A stretch of DNA of 64,000 nucleotides from Hemiscyllium ocellatum (taxonomy: Eukaryota): the NCBI RefSeq assembly GCF_020745735.1, contig NC_083407.1:70733857-70797856 (forward strand). The letters run 5' to 3'. Shown here in pieces: positions 9,501-21,500 of this stretch (the first letter of the stretch is position 1; each line of letters begins with the position of its first letter). The notes beneath the pieces were generated by a model, which saw only the letters and a list, made by a program, of their open reading frames with translations, did no database searches and was not told the origin of the DNA. A program made the position numbers and the translations under genes.

Positions 9501-12500
9501 TGAGAAATCTTCAGTCTTTCTGATTCTTCCAGTCTTTTGCTTCTGTGACTCCAAATTACCTCTGAGAAAGGTTCCCCACTAAAAGAACAGATGAATTGTG
9601 CCACCTGACCAGCTTTCACCCTCAGATCACTAAGTTCAAGCAGAATCATAGGCATCTCAAGGGCAGGTTTAGCTGCAGTAACAGTTATTTCAGCTTCACA
9701 TTTAACCTCACCATAAAGATTTATAGCTTTACATCTATAGGTCCCTGTGTCTTTTTCTTGAACTTCTTGTATAATTAATTCAGATGATGTCAAGACTTCA
9801 TCCTCTGTTATAGTGATAATTTTCAATCCCTTAACTTCCGTAAGTTCTTGATCTTTTCTGTACCATTTTATTTCTGCTCTTGGGAATGCCAGGATTTGAC
9901 ATTTTAGAGATGCAGTTTCACCTAACAAAACTGTAACGCTATTCATATCTTGCAGGATTTTTGGTGAACTTTGGCAGCCACTTCTGACTGCTTCTGTCTT
10001 CGCAATTTTTTGGTGTTCTTCCCATCTTTCAGAAGAAACTGTTGTGCTCGATGAACTCATGGAAACACTTTCAAACATCTGAACATTGTAAGTATGTTCT
10101 TGCTGTGAACTGATTTCTTTTGCATAGTTCTTTGTATGCGTTATGGTCACAGGGGACTCCACATGCATTTCTGATACTTCAAAAGTCTTTGAAACGATGG
10201 ATTCCTCTACAGCTTTTCCAGAAGTTGTTATGCTCTGACTATCTATGCTTTGCACTTTGTAATCTGAGTAACAAAAGACAAAATATTAATCATGATATTA
10301 AATCATGACTGACAAAATAACAAAAGCAACAGCTCATGTTGTCCAAAGGGCAACCCAGCATGCTAGCCACATGCTCAAGAAGTGCAATTCACTTGATTGA
10401 GGAAAACTCCCATGTCCTTTTCCTCAATGTCATCTGCTACATTCTATTGGAGAAAACAGCATTCATGGAACAAAGATGAAGATTTAGTTCTTCTCTTGCA
10501 AATACTCAAGATGAAGATGAATGCATCTAAATATATGAAGATGAAAGGTTTTCCAAATAGTGTAAAAAGTGATCAGATTTTAGAAACATGAGGTGGTAGG
10601 AAGAATGAAACCAAAGCATAGTAGAAAAAAAGTCAGTGATAAAATATGCTCTCAAAAATAGCACAGAAAATCACATTTGTAGGATAAATTGTTTGAACTT
10701 CAATTACTGTACATTTAGTACCACTAGATTTTTCAGCAGCACCATTTATTTTGTTTGCATGTATATTGCCCGACATGAGCTGTACTTTGCTGAAATTGCT
10801 GAATAAGTTAACACTATCCTCATTTTATTCTTGCATCAAAGAAGGGTGGCATTGTTCTCAGAATTATCAAAATTAAGTACCAGGACTTTTCTAGGCTTCA
10901 TTAACTGTCCAATATGCAATCCTTAAGTTTCTGATTTGGGGACACCAGAAACTATTGCATAAAATTTGATTGCTGCCCCACACTTGCCTACTTAAAATGC
11001 TGTTAATAAAAGTAGGCAATTGTTTATGTTGCTCCTTCAGAAGAACCAAACGAGGACATACATAAGCTACTAAGTCATTGATGTAATCAATCTTTTTATA
11101 TCCTGGAAAGGAAATCAGGGTTTGAACTGTATGACTGGCATTATGAATGAAAAGCCAAAGCACAGACTTGTAACATTAAAAAAACAATATGTCTTTGTAT
11201 GATTGAATTACTTAGGTGCAACTGATAAAAACTTTCATCTTACTTTATAATTCTCTGGAAAAATCTAAAAATTGAAACCACTGCAAGAGAAGACCTAACC
11301 TTAATCAAAAAATCCAAACAAATGATTAAATTAAAAACTTTATTCCTTATTAAATTTACAGTTGTAACACGTTCTTTAAACAAAAGAGATTTATTTAATG
11401 ATAAAGGATGATCATGTTATGGTGGAATCCCACAGTGCACAGCAGATGGCCTCTGTTGTTTACTTCAGAGGTGGATGAGAGAACTGGCCATTAGATACTA
11501 TAGATGTGAAAAGAAATGTAGACTAGGTGAGTTGCTTGATGAGGTCTAAAGCTGATGAAAATGCTTCAACAAATGGGAGGTACAAAGGTAAGGTGGAATG
11601 GTGTTCAGCAGTACAAGCACAAAATGCACATGCTGTCCCGAGAAGTGAACACAGTTGCTGGCCGAATTGTGATGATGTTTAGAAAAGAATGATGCAGGCA
11701 ATGTCAAACAATGAGAACAACCACAGGCAGAAAAATGCTTCAAAGTTCATATCAGGAAAACAGAGATATAAAAATAATGAAAGATGTAGCAATGTAAAGC
11801 CAAAAATAATGATTAAATTAGTTTACCTTCCAGTTTTAAGTTTGCAGTACATGACACCTCTCCAGCAGAGTTGGATGCCACACATTTATAGATTCCTTCA
11901 TCCTCTGGGTAGACTTCAGCAATTTCCAGCTGATAAGTATCTTCAAACTGAACCATCTTGAAGAATCGTGATTGTTTGATCTCCTTCTGCTTACTGTACC
12001 ATGTAACCTTGAGATCTGAAGATATTTTTAAAATAAATGCATTTTCATCAAAACACATTGCCCCAAGTTGATCTTGGCAACAAATCCTAACTTTATGAAC
12101 TATGAGCCTAAATATGTCATAATTAAATTCACTATAATAGTACAGTATTTATAATTTGAAATATTGCAGCTGAAATATGAAAGAAGTAGGAGCATCCCAA
12201 AGATCTGTCGTGCATGTAAAGGAAGCAAGGGCAGAAAGTAGCATCCCATAAAAACAATGGGAATCTGAGCAGCAAAGAAAAATGTGGGGCATGAAGAAGC
12301 ACACTATAAAAAGAAATCTGCTGCTTAAATGTTAAATAACAGAAGAAAGAACATAAAATTGACATCATAGTCAGCACAGAATGGTATGCATTCGAGCCTT
12401 AGAATTACTGTTTGGTGTTTCCTGTGTTTTAGTTGTCTTAAACAATACAATTTAGGTTTTAAAAGAAGACAGATCAAATAGCCTTAATCAAGGATTTTTC

Positions 12501-15500
12501 ATTTGACTCTTTCATTGGCATGTGGGTGTTGCCGGCAAGACTGACATTTGTTTAAGTGTAAACCACATCTCTGAGGGTCTGCAGTCATATGTAGGCCAGA
12601 TCACAGAGGACAGATTCCCGCCCTAAAGGACATTAGTGAACCAGATGGGTTTTATGACAGTTGATGCAGTCACATCAGTCCAGCCTTTAGCTCCACACTT
12701 TTATTGAATTTAATTTTCACCACCTGTCAAGGTGGGTTTGAACCCATGTTTCCAGAGTATTAGCCTAAAACCTCTAGATTAGTCAGCCAGTGACATTACC
12801 ACAATGCCACCACCTCCACTAAGTAAATTAGGTGTAACGCAACCAATATTACCAATATCCAATTTTCACTGAATAAATGGCTGGCACATTTATATAATCC
12901 ATAAACATATGCTTAATTAAAATAAATAATTAACAAAATTGAAGTCGAATTGAATGCATCAACTGATTATAATCCAAACATCAGTTAATGCAATTCACAG
13001 TAAACACAAACCACTGCTGACCATAATGAATAAAGATTGTTGCAGCATAGACTGCATGTTGAAACTGCAGAATATGGGAACTTGTGGACACTAAGATTAG
13101 GAAATGTAGGATGTAGGAAACGATGTAGGAAGTGTATCCATCATGAGATGTCCCAGGTCAGTTTCCACGAGCATGACTGTAAAGTTCAGTCTGAAACACA
13201 GAGAGGGATAGAAACTTCTGGATGGAGCCCAGACACAGCTCCAAGGAAATTACACATGTAGAAGAACAACCGTATCATTTTCAGTCAGCATGGAAGGAGG
13301 AATGTAGGGGAAAAGTGGGGAAGTGCTCTGAAAATAGTGGCATTCGACATTGCAACATATCTGCTATTTGTGGGAGTAAAGATGAAGGCAGCAGTCACAA
13401 ATGTCAGAATGCTAACTGGACTATCATGGAGCAGGAAATTTCAAAAGGTAGGGAGTAAAAAAGGAAGAGAAAAGTCATCATCAGGGGCTACATGATAAGT
13501 AGGAAACAGTAGAATCTTTCATGGTCATAACAGAGCATCAAAAAGAATGTGTTGTCTGTGTCATAAAGGTTTTCTTCATGAACAACTGCAAAAGAAAATG
13601 CAGCAGAAATATTTTTTTCTTTCCACGTCACACCAATGTCATTGGCAAGGTCACTGAGCGGACCCTGCTTAATTAGTATCAGAGGTTAAGCTAAAAAGCA
13701 AAACTTCACTGATGCAAATTTCAGGATTGCGATCTGAGGTTGAATTGACCGGATCAGGAAGGTACATGAATGGCTGGAGAGTGGTGTGGGGAAGAAAGGG
13801 CCTCATTTAAATGGTACACTGCCAACAACAACCCATTTTTTATTTTTCACAGTTTGTGAATTGCACATCCCTAACTGCACTTGAGCAGGTGGGTGAAGGT
13901 GAGAGTAAAAGGCAGATCAAGGAAAGTAGTAAGGATTACATAAATGGTCAGGAACAGATAAAGTTACAGATTTTAAAATGTAAGTATAAATTATATCAGT
14001 ATAAAATAAATTGAAATTAGAGCAAGAGGGCAAGAAAGCAAATTAAAACTGTGAGTTAAACATATATAGTATCCAACACAAAACTAGGAATCTAGAGACA
14101 ATTCATTGAGTGGAACTAGATATAAGAGGAATAAATGAAACATAACTGCATTATGAACAGGAATGACACTGTCAGCCTCATCCCCTTTCTTAGTAATAGT
14201 CTGAAGGTGCCCCAGTCTGTTGCAACCTTAGTGTTGGTAGCTTTCAATCACATAACCACCTCATGAAGGATGCTTATATAGCCATAAGATATAGGAGACA
14301 TAAGACTTTCCCTCCACACCCTTCCGTGGCAATGAGTTCCATTGAATCAACCATCTCTGGCTGAAGAAGTTTCTTCTTATCTCCATTCTAAAGGATCTTC
14401 CTTTTACTCTAAAGCAATGCCCTCAAGTTCTAGCCTCTCCTGCTAATTCCCAACATCCACACCATCCAGGCCAATCGGTATTCTGTAAGTTTCAATTAGA
14501 TCCCCTCTCATCCTTCTAAACTCCATCGAGTATAGACCAGAGTCCTTAAATGTTCTTCATTTGTTAAGCCTTTCATTCCTGGGATCATTCTTATGAACCT
14601 CCTCTGGATCCGCTCCAAGGCCAGTACATCCTTCCTGGGGTATTGGGCCCAAAATTGCTCACAATACTCTAAATGTGATCTCAGCAGAGCTTTATATAGC
14701 CTCAGAAGTACATCCCGGTTTTTAATATTCTCGTCCTTTCAAAATTGTATTTGCTTTCCTAACTACCAACTCAATCTGCAAGTTAACCTTAAGAGAATCC
14801 TGGACTAGGACTCCCAAGTCTCTTTGCACTTCATACTCCTGAATTTTCTCCCCATTTAGAAAATAGTCCATGCCTCTCTTCTTCATACCAAGGTGCACAA
14901 TCTCACACTTTCCCATGTTGTACTCCATCTGCCATCTCTTTGCCGAGTTTACTAACCTGTCCAAATTTTTTCACAGCCTCCTTATCTCCTCAATACTATC
15001 GGTCTCTCTACCTATCTTTGTATGATCTGTAAACTTAGCCAGAATGCCCTCAGTTCCTTCATCTAATCATTAAGTACAATGTGAAAAGTTGTCCCAACAC
15101 TGAGCCTTGTGAAACACCACTAGTGACTGGTTTCCATCCCCACTCTCTGCTTTCTGCCAGATTGCCAAGTTTCTATCCACCTTGCCTCTGACACCATGGC
15201 CCCTTATCTTACTCAGCAGCCTCCTGTGTGGTACCTTGTCAAATGTCTTCTGGAAGTCCAAGTAGATAACATCCATTGGCTCTCCTTGGTCTAAACTGCT
15301 CATTACCTCCTCAAAAGATTCTAACAGATTTGTCAGGTATGACATCCCCTTGTTGAAACCATGCTGACTTTGCCCTATTTTATCATAAACTTTCAAGTAA
15401 TCAGAAATCTCATCCTTCACAACAGACTCCAAAATCTTACCAATGACCAAGGTCAGGCTTATTGACCTGTAATTTCTTTTCTTTTGCTTCACTCCTTTCT

Positions 15501-18500
15501 TAGATGGGGGGGGGCGGATTACATGAGTGATTTTCTGATAAGAAGAGGGATGGTAAATACAGAACTGAAGATGTTGTATCTAAACACACACAGTATATAA
15601 CATAAGGTAAATATCTCTGGGATCTTCCCTGAAAGATCACTACCGTGCCTCCACTATCTCTTCAGCTATCTCCTTCAGGTGAGGTGTAGCCCATCTGGTC
15701 CAGGTGATTTATCCATCTTCAGACCTTTCAGTTTTTCTAGCATCTTCTCCTTGGTGATGGTCACCATCCTCACCACTGCACCACACACCTCCACTCCCCC
15801 CCCCGCCAATTCTGTTGAATTTTTGGGATATTACTCGTGTCTTCCACAAGCTGCTCCAAAAAGCCATCTCGTAGATATTACACAAATACCTTTTCTTGTG
15901 ATCCATTGCCCAGCTAATTTTCCGAGTCCACCTGCATATTGAAATCCCCCATGACCACTTGCTTCTCTTACACACCTTTTCTATCTCCTGGTATTTCCTG
16001 TGCCCAACATCCTGTCGACTGTTTGAAGGCCTGTATATAACTCCCATTATGGGTTTTTTTTACCTTTGTGTTCCTCAACTCTACCCAAACAGATTCTACA
16101 TCATCTGACCCTATATTTCTTGCTATTGATTCAATTTCTTTTTTTTAACTAATAAAGCAACCCCAAACCCCTCTGCCCACCTGCCTGTCTTTTCGATAGG
16201 ATATTTAGCTCCAAATCCTGATCACTTGCAGCCATGTCTCCGTGATGCCCACCACATCGTACCTGCCAAATTCGATCTGTGTCACAAGCTCATTTACCTT
16301 ATGTTGTATACTCTGTGCACTGAGATACAACACCTTGAGTCCTGTATTTACCATCCCTCTTCTCATTGTCATCCCTTTATCCAGTGTGCTTGAAATTTGA
16401 TTCCTAACCCTTTCCAAGCACACTGTCCTATTTTGGGTTTTGAAGACTTTAATAACATCTCCTGAGTTTTCCTTTCTTTTCATTTTTTTCACTCGTTTCC
16501 ATGCAGTCAAATCCACTCACACAGATGTTAACCTGTTGCTTTGTTTCCTATTTACCAATATATTTCATGGAGTTTTACCCTTCCTTTCCCCACACTTATC
16601 AATTTAAAGTCCTGTTGACCACCCTATTTTCCCTCTCTGCTAGAACATTGGTCCCAGCTCGGTTCAGGTAGAGACAGTCTCAATGGTACAGACCCTTTCT
16701 GTTCCAATACTGATGCCAGCTGTCCTTGACAGCACTCAACACTCTGGCCCGGTGCAGTGGTCTCCCCATGTGGTGGTCTTGTCCAGGCATGGAGATTTCG
16801 ACCCCGTGTGGAGGTCTTCTTCAGCGTCACCTTGCAGGTATTCCAACGGCCTGCTGGGTGGTCTCGGCCCAGAGTGGTCGTCTTCTTCTGTGGAGGCTTC
16901 CGCCCCAATATTCTAGTGGCCAAGTGTGGTGGTCTCGTTCTGGCTGTGTCTTCCAGGTACTCCATTGCTGCTTAATTTGCTTTCCTCAAGGAAAGCCAGT
17001 TCCACCTTTAACAGAACTGTGATGATGTTTGTCGTAATTTCTTTTTTCTTATTACGTATGACTTCTGTCATTAATATAGACATCATGGTAGGGTGACTTG
17101 TAAAGTGATTCACTGTATTTTTTGTATAAAAGTACACAGGACAATAAATTTCTATTCTATTCTACCACTGCCTTAGCTCACTTGCTGTGGAAAAATTCAT
17201 TTATTCATTCTCTTGTTATTTCTAGCTCAGTACTTCGCAAACACTTTCCTTCTGAGACTCAATTTCAACACTTGATGATTGCTGTAAGCCCTCACTGAGA
17301 ACAGTGAGCGTGAAATTAGAGAGAGACAAGAGAGAAGTGGGACTGGGAGGAATGGACGTGTAACCAACTGCTATAATGTGATTAGAACTCCCATGGCAGC
17401 CATTAGTGCCTTTGAGTCCATGACCCCAAAATTCTCCAAAGCCCACTATGGGAAGCTCTTCTGTAGACTTTACCATGCCAATGCACTCCTGACCATCCTT
17501 CCACAAATCTCCATAAACATTCATCCAATTTTCTACTGTCCCTGTCCTAACTCACTCCTGCACTTACTAACCTACTATGTCTCCTTGTTGAGTTACATTT
17601 TGATCTTTAAATGCTATTATCAAATCCATTTATGGTTTTGCTCCACCGATACCTCTCCAGTCCTACGATCCTCTGAAATATCTGCGATCCTTTAAGTCAG
17701 ACTTTTTGAGCATTCCAAGTTTCAATGCTTTACCCATCGGTGATGGTGCCTTCTGCTTCCAGGGACATAAGCTCTGAAATTCCCTCACTTTGTCTGTTTG
17801 CGTGGAGTTTGCATATTCTCCCCGTGCCTGCGTGGGTTTCCTCCGGGTGCTCCAGTTTCCTCCCACAGTCCAAGGATGTGCAGGTCAGGTGAATTGGTCA
17901 TGCTAAATTGCCTGTAATGTTAGGGGCACTAGTCGGGTGAATGTAGAGGATGGGTCTAGGTGGGTCGCTCTGCAGAGAGTCGGTGTGGACTTGTTGGGCC
18001 GAAGGGCCTGTTTCCGCATTGTAGGGAATCTAATCTAATCTAATCTAATCTAATCATCTTTGTTTTCTTAAACATCACTTTGGCAATAGGTCATTGTTCC
18101 AATATATATTTTAAGGTGGTTTAGTGTGTTTTCTTATCATACTCCTGTTAAGTGCCTTGGCAGATTTTGCTGTGTTACAAACACAGTATAAATAAACTTT
18201 TGTCATTTAAATATTGCAGGTTATAATGTACATAGAAAGAAAAGAAACATTGGACCAGCTGTACTAAGTAGTGGTTAGAAAATGGCATTAGAGAAATAAA
18301 ACATAACTGCAGAAACAACCGGCAGTTAGAGTGGAATACCCTGGACACTGGCTGCAGGGATCATGATCTAAATGTTTATCCTGTAACCAATGAAAGCAAT
18401 ACAGGGAGTAGGCAAATTTCACACTGTAATATTAAAGTTTGGGGGCATGCAGTCCAGTGCTAAACGCACTGTTGAGGGGCTATATGTCTCAGTAGAGGCT

Positions 18501-21500
18501 ATGATTTAAACCTAATCTGCAGTATTTTGACTACAGCAGGGGCTTGAACTGGTTAAAGACAGTCAAAGATTAAGCAGAATCTATATAGTACAACAGGCCA
18601 ACGCTCTCAGATACCATGCTGAAGGTCTTGATTTTGGAGTTCACATTCAAACAAATTGCAAAGTCAGCGAGAACAACCTAGCCTTGAGCATTTGGATGCA
18701 GTGTCAAAATAAATCTAATATTCTCACATGTGAACAGTCAGGTTTGGAAACTTCAGCTTCAAATGTCATTTCCTAAGTGCCATCAGTCTCACACAATGTT
18801 CCTTTTACCACATTTCCTTCACTTGCCTACCAACAATCATGATCAACTAAAACTCATACCTCACGTTCACAATTGTAGCTCACCCTCATACCCTCTGAAG
18901 TCCTGTAAACCCCAAACTTACACGCTGCAGCTTGCACACACTGTCAGTTCTGTAATCTGCACCACATTCAAATAGTTTGTGCCACATTCACAATCACAGC
19001 TTCCACTCTTTGCAGGACATGGTGGCCTCTAATAGATAAGAAAGCAACTCAGTGAAGGCTGTGTGCAATGATGCATCTGCTCATCCCATAGAGGAGACAG
19101 TGCTTTCCACTACTGCAGTAGTGATCACTGAGGCAGTAACCAGCAGCAGGGCTAAAACCACTGAGGCTGACAGTAAATTCCAACTTAGTACCTTCTAAAT
19201 TCATACTTCACCCTCCACCAAAAAGGTTGAAGGTCACGCAGATAAAAATTCTTCATCCATGAGCACTGCCACACTCCCATTACTAATGGCAAGAAACATG
19301 AAGAGGTCGGATTCCAGATGGACTTTCCAGCAGAGTTTGCATTATATTTTTTCCAAAGGGGAAGTGGCAGCAAATCTGTGGACCCAACCATGAACCGTGT
19401 CTGAGACATCTTTGTTTCCATGGCAGCACAAGAAGGCTACACCCAGCATATCATATCACCAAATCTCAGTTTTCATGATGAAGGTTCAGAAAGTTGCCAT
19501 CACGGCTCCAGATACCAATACAGATACTGAAAGGGTTTTGCAGAGTCTCTCGATCCAACAATCCACCTTACAGCAGAGCCAGAGGATTGCCAAGGCACCA
19601 GCCCGAGGGAGTAGCATTGGACTGTGCAGCGCAAACCTGCTGTGCTTCCTCTGGATGTCAGCGTTCGTGCTCCAACCACTGCCATTCTGCCAGTGGCCCT
19701 GTTGCTTTTTCAGCCAGCCAGCTCAGTTTATCACTGAGCATGCTGAGGTGTGAAGCCAGGCTTTCAAATCCCAGTGCTGCTCCAGATTGCCCTGCAAGGC
19801 ATTTGCAAAGAGCCATTCTTCCATCAATTACTGTGCTGTCACTGAGGTAGAAATAAATAGTTGCACTAGGGCAGACCAAAGCACTTAGAAGATAGGCCCT
19901 AAGGAAATGCGCAAGGATGATTAATTCAAGTATTTGGATGCTATGTTGAACAAAGTTGTTGTAAGATGGTTACTTCCTGGTGGCTTTTATTTTAGGATTG
20001 AAGAAATTCTGATGATCCAGTAAAAACGGATGGAAGGCATGGGTTTTCTAAACAACGGAGATTAATTGTTTGATTCATGAGAAACAAAGTCAAATGATGC
20101 ACTTGAACAAAGCCCAGCTGGTACATTGGTGGGGCTGGCTTCTTGCTCCCTTTCTTCCATCTGCTTACTCCTTCTTCTGAGGTCCCTGCCATAACCCTGG
20201 TGGTAATTAAAGGCTGTGTCTTTATCATGACTAGGTTTTAAAGGAAGGAACAGATCAAACCAAGGTGGCTTCTTGCTCTGGCCAGTACAAAGGCTCCTGC
20301 AGAATGATCTCGACAGGGTAATCATTGTTTTAGCACTCTACTATCTGCATGATGATGGTCCACATTGCAACATGTTGACCTTGTGTGGTTGGTTTGCCAG
20401 GGGGTGTTATTAACAATGTAAAACTCATTGTCCTTGATTCCTGTCTCTGTTTTGGCTAAATGATTGTTGCAACTGAAGACTGACATAGAATAAATGCCTC
20501 ATGACTACACCCAGGATAGAAGCCATTCACTAGGATGATGTGTTGAATATGGTTACATAAGAAATCCGTATTGAATGAGTGGAAAACATAATGCTTTCAG
20601 TACGCATCATCACTGGGGTGCAGAGTTCACAAAGCCAGAACGGTGTGGTCGACTGAACCTGCATTATCCTGCAAAAAGCTATATGCATACTCCTCCTGTC
20701 TCCCTCAATTCGGAGGAATATGTTGAAGACAGAACCTCTGTCTTTTCTCTGATGCAGTACTGAATGACAAACTGGGAAATGTTAGCCATGTTCCCATGCT
20801 AGCCTGGAAGGATCTAGACCTGAACAAAGTGAATGCTATGGTCACCTTCATAGTCACTGAAAACCCTGGCCTCACCCTGATTGCAGGTTGCAGATCTGAA
20901 TCCAAGCTGTCACATACTTCTGTGATGATCTCTCTGGCGAACTGCAGGTGCCTCTTCCTGGCCTAGTTGCAGACAGGACAAATGCTGCCGTGTGATCATA
21001 ACTGTTAAGAGCTCCTTTTGAGAGCCTGTTCCCTATTCTCTCCTCAACGTTGCTACTCCACTGCTGTTGCATCTACACCATCTCCCTCTCACCCAGCAGT
21101 GCAGGGAAACGTCCCACAATTGGGAGAAAGTGGTGCTTAGGACCTCTGTGGACACATGTAATGCCTGACCCATATGCAGCACTCACTCTACGGATTTTAT
21201 CAACTCTTCCAAATGCTCAGCACTTCCAAAAATTTAAACAAGGTCAGTGTAATATGTTCATGACCTGTTTTAATAGCATTGTTGAGAATGCCTGACTTGC
21301 CACTGAGTATAATTTTGCCTGAGAATCTTGAATAAAATGCATTGAGGAGATGGTGATGTTGTCGTAATGGCACTGGAATCACAATCCAGTGGCCCCAAGC
21401 TAATGTTCTGGGGATGGAAACAAAAAATGCTGGAGAAGCTCATTAGGTCTTGAAGTAGAGAGACAAACATAGATAATGTTTTGAGTCTGATATGACTTCT

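Noticed and set aside
14593-16516. RT and endonuclease ORFs as functional genes (also at 29032, 47229-48297 and 62779-63575)
   Set aside because: Fragmented, frameshifted LINE relics.
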